Part shown: one piece after another, positions 1-13,000 of the stretch
Position numbering within the stretch: position 1 is the stretch's first letter
Layout of the letters: each line of letters opens with the position of its first letter
The notes under the pieces: model-generated
Told to the model about the DNA's origin: nothing
The model's input: the letters and a program-made list of their open reading frames with translations, nothing else
Databases searched by the model: none
Position numbers and translations under genes: made by a program
Source: Antechinus flavipes
Lineage: Eukaryota
Assembly (NCBI RefSeq): GCF_016432865.1
Contig: NC_067404.1
Location: 84,940,001-85,004,000 of the forward strand
Length of the DNA stretch: 64,000 nt
Direction of reading: 5' to 3'

Positions 1-295
1 GTCTATGTCCAATTTTTGCCCGATTGCATTCCAGCTTTCCCTACAATTTTTTTTTTATCAAATAATGAATTCTTATCCCCAAAGCTTAAATCTTTATATT
101 TGTCAGATAAGATTACGCTGATGATTTGCTATTGTGTATCGTATGTCTACTCTATTCTACTGATCCATCCTAATATTTCTTAGCCAATACCAGATAGTTT
201 TGATAGTTAATGCTTTAGAACCTAGTTCTTCAGATCCCATATTATTAAACCTCCTTCCTTTCTATTTTTTCATTAGGTCCTTTGATATTCTGTTA
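1..295 (-). mobile_element. Degenerate LINE-1 ORF2 fragment
   Basis: AT-rich sequence resembling antisense marsupial L1 ORF2; no intact ORF. Confidence 0.45.
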
Positions 296-1071
296 TGGGT
301 TTTGTTTGTGATCCTCTCCCCCTCCCTGCCTCTGTGTTTCTCTTTACATTGATGCATCTCTCTCTTTTGGGGGTCTGTGTATCTCTCCATTTTTATATGT
401 GCTTTTCCTCCATACGTCTTTGTCCCTCTTATTTCTCAGTTGGTCTCTGTTTTCCTGTCTTTCTCTGGGCCAGCCTCTGTGCCTGTGTATGTCTATGTAC
501 GTGTGTGTGAGTGTGGGTCCCTCTCTGGCTCAGCCTCCTAACCTAGACCTTCCTAACATTTCCCCTGCCAGAAAAAAGCTGGAGATGGAAACTTCTGACC
601 AACATAAAACCACAGGAGCTGATGGTGTCATAGAGGCAGCTGCTGAAGGAGCCTGTGCTATGGTTGTTGAGGGGGCCATGGGACAGGTAAAGATCCCAGG
701 TTTGGGAACGTTTCTTTTCAGATTGTTCAGGAAATCTCTGAGGATGTTACTAGAAGTTTGTTCCAAGGGGGGCTGTTCTTCTGTTTTGGGATCTTTAGGG
801 AATTATGAAGTCCTCAAAGACAGTGGAAAAGGAGGAGAATATTGACTTCAGCTCAGAAAAAATGTCCTGATGAGCAAGCCTAAGTCTTGTCCTAGAACCT
901 CACAGGAAGCTCACTCAGTTGCCCAAGGAAGGAGCTTCAGCCTGTTCTGAACCAAACCAAGAGAGACGGTGATGGGCCCTTTAGTCCCATCTCAACCATA
1001 GGGGACCCGATGTTATGATCTTCTGAATAAAAAAAGTTTGTTATCTTCTCTTGCTCTGGCTAGAGTTCTTT

Positions 1072-2165
1072 TTTTTAATTAAAGCTATTTATTTTCAAAA
1101 TATATGCACAGAAAATTTTCAACATTCACCCTTGTGTTAAACATGTTCAATTATTCTGCATGTATTTACACATTTGTCCTGCTGCACAAGAAAAATCAGA
1201 TCAAAAAGGGAAAAAATGAAAAAACAAAAAGCTAGCAGACAACAAAAAAAGGTGAAAATACCATATGATCCCCATTCAGTCCCCACAGTTCTCTCTCTGG
1301 GTGCAGATGGCTCTCTCCATCTCATTTTTATTGGAATTGCCCTGAATCTGCTCATTGTTGAGAAACCAATTCCATCAGAATTGATCCTCGTACAATCTAG
1401 CTGTTGCCGTGTACAATGATCTCCTGGTTCTGCTCACTTCATTCAGCATCAGTTCATGTGAGTCTCTCCAGGCCTTTCTGAAATCATCCTGCTGATCATT
1501 TCTTACAGAACAATAATACTCCGTTATATTCATAGCATGACTTATTCAGTCATTCTCCAACTCATTTTTCAGTTCCTTACCGCTACACAAAGGGCTGCCG
1601 CAAATATTTTTGCACACATGGTTCCTTTTCCTTTTTTAATGATCTCTTTGGGATATAGACCCAGGAGACATCCTGCTGGGTCAAAGGGGGTGCAGTTTGA
1701 TAGCCCTTTGGGTATGGTTTCAAATTGCTCTCCAGAATGGTTGGAGCAATAGTGATTTAGAGCATTTTTTGTGATGAGAAATGATTTTAATTCATCTGGA
1801 AATTGTTCAGACCATTTGTCAATTGGAGAATGACTTGTGTTCTTAAAAATTTGAGTCAATTCTTTATATATTTGAGAAATAAGGCCTTTGGCTGCAAACT
1901 GTTTACTTGCAAATCCCCTGTTCACACTCTCAGCGCCAACAGATTACCTCTTTGTGCCTACAAGCTTAAGGTTTCATTTTTTCCTTCTACATCCATATTC
2001 CTCTAGTGGGCTTGGATTAAAGCATCTTTCCAACTATATGTCTATTTTCTTTCATATTCTGATCCAACTCATCTTATTTTCTTCTACTTGCTTACTACTT
2101 AATTCTGCTGGAAAAAAAACCCACCAGTCACATCTCAAATAATCTTCACCTTATTGAATATTTTT
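1072..2165 (-). mobile_element. 5'-truncated LINE-1 (ORF2 C-terminus plus 3' UTR)
   Basis: Minus ORF 1569-1925 (KGLISQIYKELTQIFKNTSHSPIDKWS...PFDPAGCLLGLYPKEIIKKGKG) matches the L1 ORF2p C-terminus; poly-T tail at ~1072; same 3' UTR as other copies in the window. Confidence 0.85.
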
Positions 2166-2721
2166 CTTTCTCTCCGATCTCTCTGACACTGCTGCAGTCA
2201 GCTGGGGGGGTGGGGGGGGGAAGAGAGATACATGGAAAAAGATACAGAGACAGTCACAGAAACAGGGGAGACTCTGTTCCCCCTTCGTCCATAACGTCCT
2301 TTGACTCCTCCTGTCTCACTACGGGCTCTCCCAGCTTTGATTCCGCTCCTAGCTTTTTTTTACAATAAGTTTGCTCCCTCCCAGACAAGCAAAGCAACAG
2401 GTCTGGATTTCTAATTTCTCATCGTCATTGGAGTTTCTTTCCAACTGTCTCCTCTTCCTCTTTGTCCCTAACGGGGCTTCAGCAGCCCTACACACAGACC
2501 AAAGCCGGGCGCCAGTTCACAGGGGCAGACTGCTGCCTACCTTTCCTGACAAAACTCTCAATTCTTTCTTCAAGGGGCACGAGTCAATTAGTGTTTGGCT
2601 TGGCGTCTCCAAACTTCGCCAGTAACACCTGGAATGACTTCTGACTGATGATGTACCTCTTCACACACAGGTGACTCATTAGATGTCCACCTCCGCCCCC
2701 ACCCATCAAAGAAGCCTGTTT

Positions 2722-3370
2722 CTTTTCCTTTTTTAAATTTTTATTTTTTTATTTTCAAAACATGCAAGGATAATTTTTCACCATTGACCCTTGCAAAACC
2801 TTGTGTTCCAAATTTTCCCCTCCTCCCCACTCCTTCCCCTAGATGGCGAGTAATCCAATACGTGTTAAACATGTTAAAATACATGTGAAATCCAATGTAT
2901 ACATATTTATACAATTTTCTTGCTGAACAAGAAAAATCAGGTGAAAAAGGAAAACAAAATGAGAAAGAAAACAAAATGCAAGCGAACAACAACCAAAGAG
3001 GGAAAATGCTGTGTTGTGATCCACACTGGGTTCCCATAGTCCTCTCTGGGTGCGATGGCTCTCTTCATCACAAGATCATTGGAACTGGCCTGAATTGTCT
3101 CATTGTAAGAAAAAGCCACATCCATCAGAATTGATCGTCCTATAGTCTTGCTGTTGCTGTGTACAATGTTCTCTTGGTTGTACTTATTTCACTCAGTATC
3201 AGTTCCTATAAGTATCTCCAGGCCTCTCTGAAATCATCCTGCTGATGGTTTCTTATAGAACAATAATATTCCATAACATCCATAGACCATAACGTATTCA
3301 GCCATTCTCTAACTCAGTTTCCAGTTCCTTACCACTACGAAACACATTTGCACATGTGAGTTCCTTTCAC
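2722..3370 (-). mobile_element. 5'-truncated LINE-1 3' end with 12-bp target-site duplication
   Basis: Marsupial L1 3' UTR in antisense; TSD AGAAGCCTGTTT at 2710-2721 and 3371-3382. Confidence 0.85.
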
Positions 3371-3397
3371 AGAAGCCTGTTTTGCAAGCCCTGGCCA

Positions 3398-4310
3398 TGT
3401 AGGTAGTGAGCAGGCTGCCCCTCCCTCTAGGGATGTGGGTGACAGGCCCCAGTCTGTTTCCCCAAGCCTTTTTACTCTTTACCTGTTCATGATGCCCATT
3501 GCAAGTGTGTGGTACCTAACCCACCCAATAAATCTCAGAGATCTCTCAAGGTGTAAAGAAAAAGTTTTATTCGTTTTTCATGAGAAGCAGGCGTCACTCT
3601 CGCCATATAAGAGGTCAAAGTAGAGCCCTGAGTGGAAGTGTCATAAGCAGTGTGTATGAACCCTGACACAATATTAGCTCCCCCCTCCCCCCGCAGCTGC
3701 TGGTTCATCCTCGTAGGCTGAGAATGTGTGGCCTTACATTCTAAGCGTGAAAGCTATTTTTTAAAAACAATATTAGAAAATATCAAGAATCAATCAATCC
3801 GACACTGGCTGGGAAAACAGGTGCTAGATCAGTGCAAAAGGGGAAATGACACATAAATTCGAATTTAAAAAAAGACAGGTCTTTTGCTGATCCTGAGATA
3901 CCCTGTTCTCAACATATAAAGAGGTGGCTAAATATGCACTAGGTCAGTTTGTTCTATACATTCCCAGAATTGTTCCGTCCACCCAGATCCTGGGAATTGT
4001 TGGTCAGGGAGGAAGGGCAGGGGAAAATGGGAACCCGATCCTATGGCTTGGTTAATATATAATTTCCTTTTGAAGAAATATCAAACTTTTCCCATTCACA
4101 AGGACACAAGATCTGTCTGGGGAGCAGACGATCCTGCCAGCTACTCCAATTGTAAGGTCAATTGTAAGGTGCTAGGACATCCTGGGGTCGGGTACTTTTG
4201 CTGTTCGAGATTTTCCAGGATCTCTGGGAGACTTGAGACCCTTTCTGACCTCCCCCTGTACACCCACTCCTTTGGGATGATTGGGGTGCTTTTCTGGAGA
4301 TGATTGCAAC
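3398..4310 (-). mobile_element. Probable solo LTR
   Basis: TG...CA-bounded segment with a minus-strand AATAAA (~3565) and LTR-like composition; family not recognised. Confidence 0.3.
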
Positions 4311-4334
4311 ACAAATGACGCACACACTTGCCCT

Positions 4335-4568
4335 CTGTTTACGATGTTGTTTGATGGTGTTTGAATCTCTGTGATTCTGTGGACCATACTACCTATGGGG
4401 TTTTCCTGGCAAAACTACTGGAATGGTTTACCATTTTCTTCTCCAGTGGCTTAAGGCAAACAGATATTAAATGACTTGCTCAAGATTACAGAACTAGAAA
4501 GTGTCAGAGGCTGCATTTGAACTCAGGTTTTCCAGAGTCCAGCACTACCTGAGTCACCAAGCTGCCTC
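4335..4568 (-). mobile_element. MAR1 (CORE-SINE with RTE-derived tail)
   Basis: Reverse complement of the MAR1 layout: tRNA-like head, CORE region, then CCACTGGAGAAGAAAATGG...GGTCCACAG tail. Confidence 0.75.
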
Positions 4569-4639
4569 TCTCTCACTGCTCTAAAATCATGAAAAAGGTC
4601 TTAGAAATTGCTTATCATCCTGAAGGAGTATAGCTTCTA

Positions 4640-5350
4640 GGGGAGATGGCACTAGGGGGGACCCCCCCACCTTCGAATACTATTATTCTAGCAATCTGTC
4701 TGTTAATGTTTACAAGTCCTCTGGCCTATTTGTATACTATATAGGATAGATATATAATTTTTTCCCTTAGATTTTATAGTCTCTCTCTCTCTATTTCTTC
4801 CCTTAGATTTTAGGGAAGATGTATTAGGAATCCTGAAGCCCCCTGCCCTTAGAGTGCTTTTGTTCTGACAATCTTGTCTGTCAATGATTCTAAAGTCCTC
4901 TGGCCTAGGAATATAATCATATTTCTTCCCTTAGACATTAGGGGAAATATATTAGGGATCCTGAGGCCCTCTGACCTCAGAGTGCTGGTGTTCTGACAAT
5001 CTTGTCCATCAGTGATTCTAAAGTCTTCTGGCCCTCTGATGGTCCTAGGTCTGCTGATCAGTGAGAACCAAGTAACTGAGACCTCTCCTCATTTTTGCCT
5101 CTAAGCCATCAAATGGGCAAATCAGTAACATGAAGCTCTGGTCTCTCTAACTTTTCCTATAAATTTGTCTTCTTGCCCCTGGTCATTTGCTCAATTCTCC
5201 TGGACTTTAGCCCACTTCAATCGGCCTTACAATTACAATAAACTTTGCCCCTTGGCTTGGAGATGGCTTCAAGCCGAAAAATTCTTTTGAGACACTTTGT
5301 GACACCAGTCTGTGACCCCCAACCTTTTGGGGTCCCTTCCCAACCTCACC
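4640..5350 (+). mobile_element. Probable solo ERV LTR with internal enhancer-like triplication
   Basis: Motif ...CAATCT(T)GTC...AAGTC(C/T)TCTGGCC three times (~4690, ~4870, ~5000); AATAAA near 5239; U5-like end in CA at ~5350. Confidence 0.45.
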
Positions 5351-5484
5351 AATCTCTTCATATAGGAACACAAATAGTTTATCCTTATTTAGCCTCTTGC
5401 AATTTTTCTTTCATGTTTACCTGTTTGTGCTTCTCTTGAGTCTTGCATTTGAATGGAGATTTTTGTTGGCCCTGCAGCTCCAAA

Positions 5485-6770
5485 ATTTGATGCAAGGTTT
5501 TATTTTTTATTTTTTACTTTAAAACTTAAGTAGAAAATGTTTTTAAAAATTAGAAAAGAAAAACCAGAAAAAGAAAAAAACCTTGCCATTCTTCTTTGTC
5601 AGAATGTATGAGAGCATTCAAAAAATGCTCCAAACTAAATGTCCATTTCAAGAAAGTGTATATAAAACAGAGCGTATTGTATTCAGAACTGTCCGTCTTT
5701 GCTTCCTTGTAGGTTTTTTTTTAGTTCTCTTCTGTACATTTTTTACTGTATTCGTTTTTCCCCTTCCCCCACCTTCCTCATGTAAGCTACAGTTAAGTGT
5801 GGATATATTTATATGTATTTCTATATGTATACATGCGCATACATATATACATACATACACATACATTTATATGCATCATCTCTTGTTCCCTACTTCTAAC
5901 TCTTCTTTCCTCCTTCTGCCTGCTAACTTGCCTTACTGTAACTTAACTTCCTTCCTCCCATTCCTGCCCCAAGGATCAGTTCTGTATTCTCTCTCTCTAC
6001 CCTTTTCCTCCCTCTTATCCCTTTCCCATTAACTTACACATCTAATCCAAGTGCATTCATCTACACATTTCTATACCCTGTCCTATCCTATTCTCCCCCC
6101 CCCCCCTTATTTGTAGATTTTGGAGGATACTATACCCTTCTTGGTGTGTGTGTATAAACATATATATACACACACAGAAATGTGTGTGTGTGTGTGTGTG
6201 TGTATCTATTGTTCCCTCTAACCCATTCATGATTTAAGTAGGGTTTCAGAACTACCAGCCCTCTTCCCCAATCTAATTCCTCTGTATAGGTTCTTGCTCT
6301 CGTACCTCATTATATAGTACTATCTTTACCTTTTTCTGTATGGTTTTGCTTTTTATAATCATCTCATACTCAGTTCTACCCCAATCTTTCTTTTAGACTA
6401 GCCAATCTGTACCTGATCTTTAAACTACCCATCTGCTTTACATTTCCATGTATCAAATAAGAACAGTTTGTTCTTATCGAGGCCCTTGAAATTAGTCTCT
6501 GGTCTTGGTTCTTATATGTTAAATTTTCTATCGAGTTCAGATTTGTTTGCAACAAAATCGTGAAACTCTGACAGTTGAGTGTCCAATTTTTTTTTTCATT
6601 CAGTATTTTACTTAACTTGGCTGGATATATTTTCAGCCACAACCCTAGTTCTTTTGATTGTAGATATATGATATTCCAGAACCGGCAGTCTTTTATTGTA
6701 GCCTTGACAGTTGTTAGGTGACTCTAATTGCAGCTATTTGAGATGTTATTTTAAAATTGTTTGAAGGAGA
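5485..6770 (-). mobile_element. Older LINE-1 fragments (3' UTR, inter-ORF region, ORF1 C-terminus)
   Basis: Minus ORF 6376-6642 contains IYPAKLSKILNEKK, typical of the L1 ORF1p C-terminal domain. Confidence 0.6.
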
Positions 6771-6774
6771 ATGT

Positions 6775-7990
6775 TGGGAGAGTTCAGCTGGGTTGCCGCC
6801 TGTACTCTTCCATCCTAGCTCCCCCCCTATTAACTTTTTTCCTAAAGTGATTTTCTAAAGTGGTCTGTCCTCCCAGCCACCTAATAAACTCCAGTGAGTT
6901 CCTATAGCCTCCAAGATGAAATAGAAACCTTTCACAGTCTAGCTCCTTTCTAACTTTATTTCCATGCAATCAAGTTCAAAACTTAAAAGAATATTAACTT
7001 GTAGTCCCGAGAGATTTTATCTCTAATAGAAAATTCTACTAATCCACAGCTTAGGGCTAGATCCATTATTTTAAAAGTTTACCAGGACTTACACACAGAT
7101 TTTGTTGAACAGGTTTTTTATGTTTAAACTTGAGCTGGTGCAAAGGATCAATCATTAACCAAGCTTAGAGATTCTTAGAAAACCCAGTCCTTGTTTAGAA
7201 ACTACACATCCTGAACAGGCTCAGGTCTCAGGGCTGATGACCTGGCTTATCCTGATGGTTTCAAGAAAACTGGCAAGCTGACAAGCGAAGGGGAGTTGAC
7301 AGAGAGCCCGGGGAAGGGGCTGAGCTTGCTGTTGCCCACCCCAACTATTCTTAGTGGGCCAGGCTGTCTGATAAATCCCCCCACTCTGTGAAGGGGGGGA
7401 AAGGTATCGCACACCTCATACTTGGAGGTGAACTGAGAAGGCTTTCACCTCCTCCCTCTTGTTCCACTCCCAGTAATTACCAATTTTAGGTTGAACGTGA
7501 TGGCAGCAACTTCAAGAAGTTACTTCACAATTTTAGAATTTTCCTAATAGCCAGATAGTCTTCCCTTAAATAACTTTCCCTTTTGTTTTAGGGGGGAAAA
7601 AAGACAATTCTGAAAACGGAGATAGAACAGATTATAAAAATTAACCCAACCTTAGTTAATGAGATTGCCTAGATTCTGATGAAATGTTCTAGACCAACTG
7701 AATTGCCATTTGGTTATTGTCCAATTCACACAAACCAGTCTCTTTTGTGAGCCCGGAAAGGGTTAAGGGGCCAGTTTTTCCTGACGGGCCTCTCAAGTGT
7801 GACTCTAGATACCTCAAAAGCAGGCTGGTTGTTTTTAGCGTAGCAGCAAACGGCTTTTCAGTTTTCCTCAAGTTCCCAAACTCTTCTGTTAACAGTCAGG
7901 GCAAAGATCACAATTTCCATAGCCCTCTAGTGGGCTCTGCTTAGAGTGCCCCCAAAACTGCAAAAACTCTCAATTTTCAAATAGCAAATT
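6775..7990 (-). mobile_element. Possible degenerate ERV internal fragments
   Basis: Composition and short ORFs suggest retroviral leader/gag remnants; no diagnostic motif. Confidence 0.25.
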
Positions 7991-8289
7991 TCACTGAAGT
8001 GAATATATTTTCTTCCTCTCCCCCTCACCCCTTCATCCATGTGTCCCTGCTGCAGTCAGGGAAGGAGGGAAGAGAGAAGAAAGAGAAAGAAACTCTCTTT
8101 CCTCTGTGCACTCTCCTCCTACTCCTGGGAAGGCCATTTATAAAATATAGCAGTGAACATTCATATAGCATATTTTATGCTAAGCACTTTTGCAATCACC
8201 AGATCTTCACAACAATTATTATTTCTCTTTACAAATCAGAAAACTGGGCAGACATAAAATAATTCGCCATAAATGACGCGGCTGATCCA

Positions 8290-8295
<6 letters not shown>

Positions 8296-8320
<25 letters not shown>

Positions 8321-8732
8321 AATTATTATAGCCTTTTATTTACAAGATATTTGCTTGGGTAATTTTTCAGCATTGACAACTGCCAAACCTTCTGTTCCAA
8401 CTTTTCCTCTCCTTTCCCCTCCCCCCTCCCCCAGATGGCAGGTAGTCCCATACATGTTAAATATGTTGAAGTATAAGTTAAATACAAAATAAGTATGCAT
8501 GTCCAAACCATTATTTTGCTGTACAAAAAGAATCGGACTCTGAAATAGTGTACCATTAGCCTGGGAAGGAGATCAAAAATACAGGCGGACAAAAAGAGAG
8601 GGATTGGGAATTCTATGTAGTGGTTCCTAGTCATCTCCCAGAGTTCTTTCACTGGGTGTAGCTGGTTCAGTTCATTCCTGCTCTACTGGAACTGATTTGG
8701 TTCATGTCATTGCTGAAGAGGGCCACGTCCAG
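8296..8732 (-). mobile_element. 5'-truncated LINE-1 3' end with 15-bp TSD
   Basis: Poly-T tail to ~8320; TSD GCTGAT[C/A]CATTTTCT at 8281-8295 and 8733-8747 (one mismatch). Confidence 0.85.
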
Positions 8733-9579
8733 GCTGATACATTTTCTCAGCTGAAACAAGAGAATGGTGGGCTTACCGTATGCAGAAGCCGACTGGCTTT
8801 CCCACCTCACCTTCGAGCTGGGCAGATCTTTTGGGGGTGGCCTGGATCCCCTTTAGGGAGTTTCCAGACTCTGGGAAAAGCCTTCAAATTTCCAGTTAAG
8901 TGATTTTAATCAAGTGGAGATCTCTGTCTGATGGCCCTCTATTGAGTAGCCCAGACAGCTCCCAGCCCCAGGCCAAGAAGTATCCCATATCTTCATGATT
9001 TGTCAATCCACCTCTTGCCAAATTCCTAATGAGTTTTGCCCACTAAGAAAGCTTCCTTCCTAGTGAACAAGAAAATTCCCCTTTTGCCCCAGATTTTCCG
9101 CTTTGCGAATGGACCTGCGTCTGCGAGCAGGGGGGGATCTCTCCCCCTAGTCCCACACTTTATCAGAGAGAGCCATCTGCCTCCAAGAAGGGGGATTTTT
9201 CTGGTGCCGCGGGATAAATGTGGAAATACGTAAGGAAGAACTGCACATGTTTGTACGTTTTGTACACACATTGGAATCCTTGTTCTCTAGGGGAGGGGTG
9301 GAGGGAAGGGGAGGGAGAAAACAATTGGACCCTGAGGTTTTGCCAGGGTTATGGTGACCACTAGTTTTGCATGTATTTGGAAAAACAAAATACTCTATTT
9401 TCCTAAAAGATGATCTTTGGGGCTTGCTCTGGCGTCACTTGCTTGCCTTGGCTTAGTCACTTCACTCGGCAGGACCTCGATGATCCTGTCTGCCCAGTGA
9501 AGGGACTGGACCCTATGGAGCCAGAGAAGGGCTCCGGGAGAGCAGGAAGAGCTCCAGGAAATCCCAAAGCAAACCCCAA

Positions 9580-10000
9580 TTTCCCGTTCCGCCCCACCCC
9601 GTCCCGTCCCGCCCCGCCTCGCCTCGCCTGAGACGGCAGGCTCCCAAGTCTCAGCAGGAAAGTGGCAGTGCGCCTGCGCCCCCGGCCCGCGCGCTTCCCG
9701 GCGGCGGCGGCGGCGGCGGCGGCGGCCCGACTCGTTCTAGAACCCGGAGCGTTGGGCCCACCGGCTCCTCTGTCTAGTTGTTCCTAGGCAGTGCGCCTGC
9801 GCGTTGCCAGGGTCACTACCTAGATGAAGCCAGGGAACTCGCTGGCTTCGGAGGCCGTATTGAGTCTGCGCAGGGCACGGGTATCGAAGGCCTAAAAGGC
9901 CTGGAAGGAACCGGAAGCGGAAGTTAATCCGGGGACAACTCTCGCTCAGAGAGCTCCCGTTTTTGTCTCGAAGGAGTCTCGAGATCCCGGCGCCGCCATG
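9580..10000 (+). promoter_or_regulatory. CXXC1 CpG-island promoter
   Basis: CpG-rich; NRF1-like TGCGCCTGCGC at 9669-9679 and 9792-9802; tandem ETS CCGGAAGCGGAAGT at 9911-9924; Kozak GCCGCCATG at 9992-10000. Confidence 0.8.
9699..9725. repeat. (CGG)9 trinucleotide repeat
   Basis: Direct reading. Confidence 0.95.
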
Positions 10001-13000
10001 GTGAGAACGAGGGGCGGAGCCGGCCCGGGGCAATCCCGGGGGGCGGCCCGGGGGAGGAGGCTGAGCGGGTCCGGGACGAGCCTGGGGGCCTTCCTACTGG
10101 ACGAGGTGGCTAGGGGCCCCCATTTGGTTGGCTTTGGTCCCCATCGGGGAGGAGGGGCACGGGGCGGGGGGAGCATGGAGGGGGAGCGGCTCAGTGGCTG
10201 AGGCGTCTCTTGGCTCTCCCGGTCTCGGGGGGCTGTTGCCGAGAGAGGCGGGGCGAACAGAAGGATTTGCAGCGGACCCCGGGGTGGAAGAGGGTGGGGG
10301 GGGGAGGTTGGGGAGATGGACCCCTCCATTTCCCCTCCAACCTCTCCTTATCCAGCCCCATAACAAAGAGGCTAGGCTAGGGCCCCCTCCTTCTCCCCAG
10401 CGGAAGGGCGGAGAGTTTAGAAGGGGAAGGCCTCCCGGACAGTGACGGGGAGAGCCCCGGGGGCAGGACACCGTCTCGAGCTTCCCGAGGGAAGAAGAGG
10501 TCAGCGGGGAAAGAGTTGGAATCCCCCCCCCCCAGGCTTGCCCCTCGGTAAAGAGGGAGAAGCTGAAGGGGAAGCTCTGAGGTCGCCCCCTCCCCCTCGG
10601 GGAGGAGGCGGCTGGATGGTCCGAGTTGCTTGGGGGGTGGGGCGGGGTGGGGACCGAAAGCTTCCAGGGGACAATGGTAGTAGAACCATGGAGGTTCTAA
10701 GACCGGCTGGCTGGAATCCTCAGCTGGCAGACGGGGGCCGCTTCCGCCTGGGGAGGGCGATTCAGCCTGGACTGAGGAGCCAGGAGGGGAGCCTGAGGGG
10801 AGCCGGGGGGAGGGGCCATTCCTGGGGGGGAAGTCAGATTGGGGGATGCCCTTTAGGAAAAGGAAAGGGGGGGGGTCTCGAAATGGGGACGGCCGAATTT
10901 CCTGGAGGGAGAAAGAGGCTGTGATCCCTTGTGCTCTCATGACTGAACAGGAGGAGAGCGAGTTTTCAGACCCAGAGCCCGAGGCTGCCGGAGAGGCAGA
11001 GGAAGAAACGAAGTCGGATAATGGAGAGAACGCACCCATCTACTGTGTTTGCCGGAAGCCTGATATCAACTGCTTCATGATGTGAGAGCAGATGAGGGGG
11101 CCTATGGGCCAGAAGGCACATGGGGCTGTGGGCTGAAGGGGGGGAGGAGGACCCCAGATTTGGTGTCATGACAAGGCTTCCCCTTCGAAGTCTGATGGGG
11201 CTGGGTTCCCCCAAGGAGGCCCAATGAGTCACAGCTGGAGTTGTGGGGAACAGAAGCACACTAGAACCTGTGCCGAGATCCCCAAATATCCCTTACGGGA
11301 GGAGCCAGGGCTGCCGGGAACCTTGGGCCCCGATGTATTCCTCAGACGGGGTACGGGGTCAGGATTGGAACCGATTTCAGGAGAAGCCTGGAGGCTGAAC
11401 ACACTGAAGAAGGGGCTCCCTGTTTGCCATACCTCAACATGGGGGGGACCAAATCTCAACTTCGATTTCTTTCTGTCCCTTGCATAGCGGCTGTGACAAC
11501 TGTAATGAGTGGTTTCATGGTGACTGCATCAAGATCACAGAGAAGATGGCAAAGGCCATACGGGAGTGGTACTGCATGGATTGCCGCGGTAGGTCTTGGT
11601 GGGGTGGACTTTGGGGGTGGGGGGAGGCTTGGACATTGCCGGAGGAGTCTCTCGGTCTCTTTCTGCCCCTTCCCTGGACAGAAAAGGACCCGAAGTTGGA
11701 GATCAGATACCGCCACAAAAAGCCGGGCCGTGAGCGTGAGGGGGAGCACGAGGGCGAATCCAGAGATGATGCAAGCACCCCACGGAGGAAAGCTGGTCCC
11801 GATCTCCTTGTAGATCCCATGCCAAGTGGATCCATGTCCATGGGCAAGGGCTTCGGTTCTCCTCATAAGGTTCCTCCTCCACCAGCACCTGGGCCTGTCC
11901 GGGAAGTGCATAGTCAGGTGAGGTCTGCATAGAAGCCTGCCTCTCATAGACTTGGAGGACTTATGGCTTATTGTAGAAGAAAGCTTTGGGTTGGAAAAGA
12001 ATTTGGGGGCCCAGGACCATTAAGGTTTGTCATTATCGTAGGATATCTGTGATGACAAAGGAGCTTCTCAGAACGCTAAATCCCACGATTGTGTCTCCCC
12101 CTTCTTCTCTCCTCACCTGCTTCGTCCCCTGACGGCAGATCAAACGGTCAGCTCGGATGTGTGGGGAGTGTGAGGCCTGCCGACGGACTGAGGATTGTGG
12201 CCACTGTGACTTCTGCCGGGACATGAAGAAATTTGGGGGCCCCAACAAAATCCGACAGAAGTGCCGCCTGCGTCAGTGCCAGCTGCGGGCCCGGGTGAGA
12301 GAGGAGGAGCTGGCTGTGGACCGCTTGGGCCTGGTGTCCGCCCGGCCTGGGCCTTCCCCTGACCTGTGTTCTTTGGTTTTCTTTATCTGTAGGAATCCTA
12401 TAAGTATTTCCCTTCCTCGGTGAGTCTGGCATCAGCCGTGGTGAGTGTTAGGGTTTGGGACTTGGCCCCGTTTGGCGCCCCTCCCCCCCCCCCCCCACCC
12501 CCCATCCCCCCACCTCCCTGAGATACTCCACATCTAGGCAGAGTTAGAGAGGGTGGCCGTCTGGGCCTGAAATACCTTGTGAAGTTGAAGTGACAGTTGC
12601 TAGAATGGAGATGTTCTTGCTAAGGCCTCAGAACCATTCTCTGTTTCCTGTTTCCTTCCAACTTCCCCGCAGTATAGTGGAAGGACCCCTGGGGAAAACC
12701 TCAAGTTCTGACCTGCGAGCGGGCCCCTTCCTCTTCCTCACCCGTCCTAGAGGCCAGCTCTGGGCTTTGTGAGCCAGTCTTCGGCCCATTGCTTTCTTCA
12801 CGATAGAAACTTCTTCGGACACGGGAAGAACATTTCCAGATGTTAAAAGAGCCGCCAGAGGCTGTGGCCACGCCTGAGGCGCTCTCTGATGACGACCTGC
12901 CTCTGGATCCCGAGCTCTACCAGGATTTCTGTGCTGGCGCCTTTGATGACCATACTTTGGTGAGATTCCTTTTTATGGTAGAGGGATGAAAGATCCTTCT

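Noticed and set aside
2506-2514. tRNA-Lys primer-binding site TGGCGCCCG (minus)
   Set aside because: Only 9 of 18 nt match and no adjacent LTR CA end is evident.
12751-12768. 18-nt CXXC1 micro-exon
   Set aside because: The following intron would be only 38 nt.
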